Assembly: GCF_006345805.1 (NCBI RefSeq)
Contig: NC_043003.1
Span: 20,832,001 to 20,896,000 of the forward strand
Source of the DNA: Octopus sinensis
Taxonomy: Eukaryota
Length of the DNA: 64,000 bases
Direction: 5' to 3'
Shown here piece after piece: positions 60,915 through 64,000 of this stretch (its first letter is position 1; the number at the start of each line of letters is the position of its first letter). The notes under the pieces were generated by a model, which saw nothing but the letters and a program-made list of their open reading frames with translations, ran no database searches and had not been told where the DNA came from. The position numbers and the translations under genes are program-made.

Positions 60915-61370
60915 ATTTGAAAATGGCTACATGCTACAGTAGAATTAGAAAGGAATTCCAGGTGTGGAAGCAAAATTTTGAATCAAAGGCCTTGAAGTTA
61001 ACTGATCAAAGACTAAAATAAGCAGGATTCTACTCCTTTCAGATAAATGGCCCTGCTCAGAATTTAGAAAAAGTGTACCTTGTGCAAGCTATGGACACTC
61101 AAGTGATCCAGTGGAATCAGAGGACGTTTAACAAAAAAGGAAAACCTTGTATGTAGCAGATGTGCAGAAGCAATAAACACTAATAATGCATAAGAAACAG
61201 ATTTTATGAAATATCTAGGAGGACCACCAGAGGGAGTAGATAGTTTTTGTTGTGAAGGTGATCTAATCAGCAGTTGAGGGTGATGTTCTGAAAGTATAGT
61301 TGCTTGAATAAAAATAGGAGAGGGAAAGTTCAGATAGATAAGACCTCCGTTGATAGCTAAAGGTCAAACT
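60915..61370 (+). mobile_element. Degenerate RTE fragment (post-RT and PHD-like region)
   Basis: Homology to KFQVWK.GLESK, RWPCS, CKLWTH and FCYLGDLIS, with stops and frameshifts. Confidence 0.65.
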
Positions 61371-61875
61371 GCTAAGTTATGAGGGCATAAGCAACTCTGA
61401 TCGTCAAGTGATAAAGGGGGACAAACACAAACACAAAGACACATACACACACACACATACATGGCACAAATTAATGAGAAGGGAGGGATCTACAGACATT
61501 GGCCCCAAAGAGAGGATGACAAGGGACTGAGACTTCTGGCAGTTTGTTGTGCTTGAGAAGACATGTTAAGTGAAATCATGGTTGCCCTTCCGTATAAGCA
61601 TTATTCTTTGCATCCCTTTTTAGTTGAGTGACCGTAATCTTGTGGGCACGTGGGTGCTGGTGCCACATAAAAAGCACCCTTGCCAGTGTCACATAAGAGC
61701 ACCCATGCCAATGCTGCATAAAATCATCCAGCAGACTCTATAAAGTGGTTGGAATTAGGGAGAGCATCCAGCCATAGAAACCATGCCAAAACAGACACAG
61801 AGCCTGGGCAACTCTTCAGCTGACCATCTCCTGTCAAACTGTCCAACCCATGCCAGCATGGAAAATAGACGTTAA

Positions 61876-61923
<48 letters not shown>

Positions 61924-62084
61924 TAGGTTTCATTCAGTTTCTGTCTGCCAAATCCTCTCACAAACTTTTTGGTTGGCCCTGGCCTATAGAAGACACTTGC
62001 CCAAGGTACCTTAAAGTGGGACTGAACCCAAAACCATGTGGTTAGGATGCAAACTTTTAACCACACAGCTATAACTGTTCTATA

Positions 62085-62093
62085 TCTATCTAC

Positions 62094-62189
<96 letters not shown>

Positions 62190-62249
62190 GTCTGTCTGTC
62201 TGTCTGCCTGTCTGTCTATCTGTCTGTCTTTCTGTCTGCCGACTGTCTC

Positions 62250-62285
<36 letters not shown>

Positions 62286-62365
62286 TCTGTCTGTCTGTCT
62301 GCCTGCCTGCATGTCTGCCTGTCTGTCTGCCTCCTGTCTGTCTGTCTGTCTATCTATCTATCTGT
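62085..62365 (+). repeat. Compound (TATC)n/(TA)n/(TGTC)n microsatellite
   Basis: Direct reading of the sequence. Confidence 0.93.
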
Positions 62366-62750
62366 GTGTATGCATGTAAATGTGTATGTGTGAGGTGTGC
62401 CTGTAAATGTGTGTGTGTTTCTGTGTGTAAATACATGCAGAATCAAACTTTTTTGCATGGCATTACCATTAAACAGAAACACAGATAACTTCAGCTCTCA
62501 CAGGACAAGTCACAAACAAGGTCACCATGCCCTGTTGTTGACAGATGGTCATGGTCACACCATTTAATATCATCCCCAGTTTCATCCTGTATTTTGTTAG
62601 GTTAATGTACAGCAGTTGCTTTTACCTGTCTGTGCTAATTTTTTCTTATCTGTCAATCTGTCAATCCATCTGTCCATCCATCCATTCATCCATTCTTCTT
62701 CCTTTCTTTCAAAGTTTTTGTTGGCCCTGGGCTATAATAGAAGACACTTC

Positions 62751-62788
<38 letters not shown>

Positions 62789-63014
62789 AATGTCTAAATT
62801 ATTCACTCACAGGCACACACTGACCTCTCAGTCACTGACCTGCTTTCTCCCTCTCTGTCTCTCTCTCACTGTATGTAAGAGAAAGAGAGAGAGAGAAGGA
62901 GAGATGGTAAGAAATGGAGCAATAATTAACAATGAGAAGAGGATCATTTGTGACTTTAAAACACGAATGATTCACTTCTCATTGTTAATTTCTTATCATC
63001 TCTATATATATTAA

Positions 63015-64000
63015 CCCTTTCGTTACCAAACCGCCCAAAAAAAATTTTGGTTAATGTGACCAAACCGCCCAAACCTGCCCGTATTTACCTATTCATATTT
63101 AAATGTGAATATCAGAGCAAATCTCTTTAGTACATTCGTGAAAACACGTATTATACTTCGTAAACAGTTCAACTACAGTTTTGTACAACAATCGAAGCGT
63201 AATTTTAATTCCGTGAATTTTGGGAGATTTTTTTCCGAACTTTGTTCCTATTGTGTTTTCAAAATTTGTAATTCTGACAAAAAATGGATACGAATTTCAT
63301 TATATCAAGCAGCGAGTCAGAATTCGAAAGATTTTCTACTGAAGACCTTCATAAATCTAACTTTATGACTGAAATAAAAAAGCATGAGGTATTTGATAAT
63401 GAATCTGATGTTTCATTTTCCGAAAGTGAAAACAGTGAATCCGAGAGCTCCGACAGCGATAAAGAAAATGAATTGGCACCCGAATGGAGTGAAAATTTAA
63501 AACTGTTTCTTTCGGTGATTTTTCTGAAGAAACTGGACCAAGCCACAGACTTTCCCAGGAGAGTAAAGCCTTAGACTATTTCTTTTTACTTTTTCGAATG
63601 AGCCTATTTGAAATCATTACGGCGGAAACGAACCGTTACGCTAAATGTATACAAAGTGAAAGAAAGGATAGTTAGTGGTTTCCCACAACCTTAAATGAAA
63701 TTAAGACTATTTTGCCATAAATATTATTATGGGTATCAGAAAGTTACCCAGAATAACAAATTCTATCGTAAAATTTTGTTGTATACCCAATTGAATATTA
63801 GCTAATAACCCATTTTCTATAGCGATGTTTGAACAAAATTTTAATAATTTTATATTTTGTTGAATTTACCTGTATCTACCTGCAATTAGAGTCACTTTGT
63901 GACAAAAATTATTGTATAGAATTGGTTGAGAACATTTCATTAAATTATCTTCCAAATATTACATTAATATATTGATAAATAAAAAAGTTATAGTTGTTTA
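63015..64000 (+). mobile_element. piggyBac transposon 5' part, degenerate transposase
   Basis: TTAA|CCCTTTCGTTAC terminus and duplicated subterminal accaaaccgcccaaa. Acidic Ser/Glu N-terminus, then frameshifted PLDYF.LLF...IITAETNRYA and NEIK...IIMGI.KLP. Runs off the window. Confidence 0.85.

Overview
Eukaryotic, AT-rich, microsatellite- and transposon-dense DNA. The SINE/RTE repeat landscape suggests an octopus (cephalopod) genome; this is an inference from repeat families, not a database match. The six-frame ORF track is mostly microsatellite noise and misses the one real host gene. By hand I assembled a complete 17-coding-exon fatty acid amide hydrolase (FAAH)-like gene on the minus strand (47988 to 7693; 1755 nt, 584 aa). 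All introns are GT-AG, phases are consistent, and the Lys157-Ser233-Ser257 amidase triad is intact. The introns and flanks hold: several 5'-truncated RTE LINEs with a PHD-like finger inside the RT ORF and a variable 60-bp minisatellite in the 3' UTR; three or more SINE families; a decayed Ty3/Gypsy element; a solo LTR; an R4/Dong-like fragment; a complete small Helitron; mariner and piggyBac elements with MITEs; a (TAA)n-flanked element; and several unexplained hairpins and inverted repeats. I found no CRISPR array, rRNA or true tRNA gene, and no clearly novel multi-gene system. The best leads are the PHD-bearing RTE, two intronic hairpins, the (TAA)n-flanked element and a clustered kB/GAS/ETS-like array. 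TE boundaries are approximate unless termini or TSDs are quoted.
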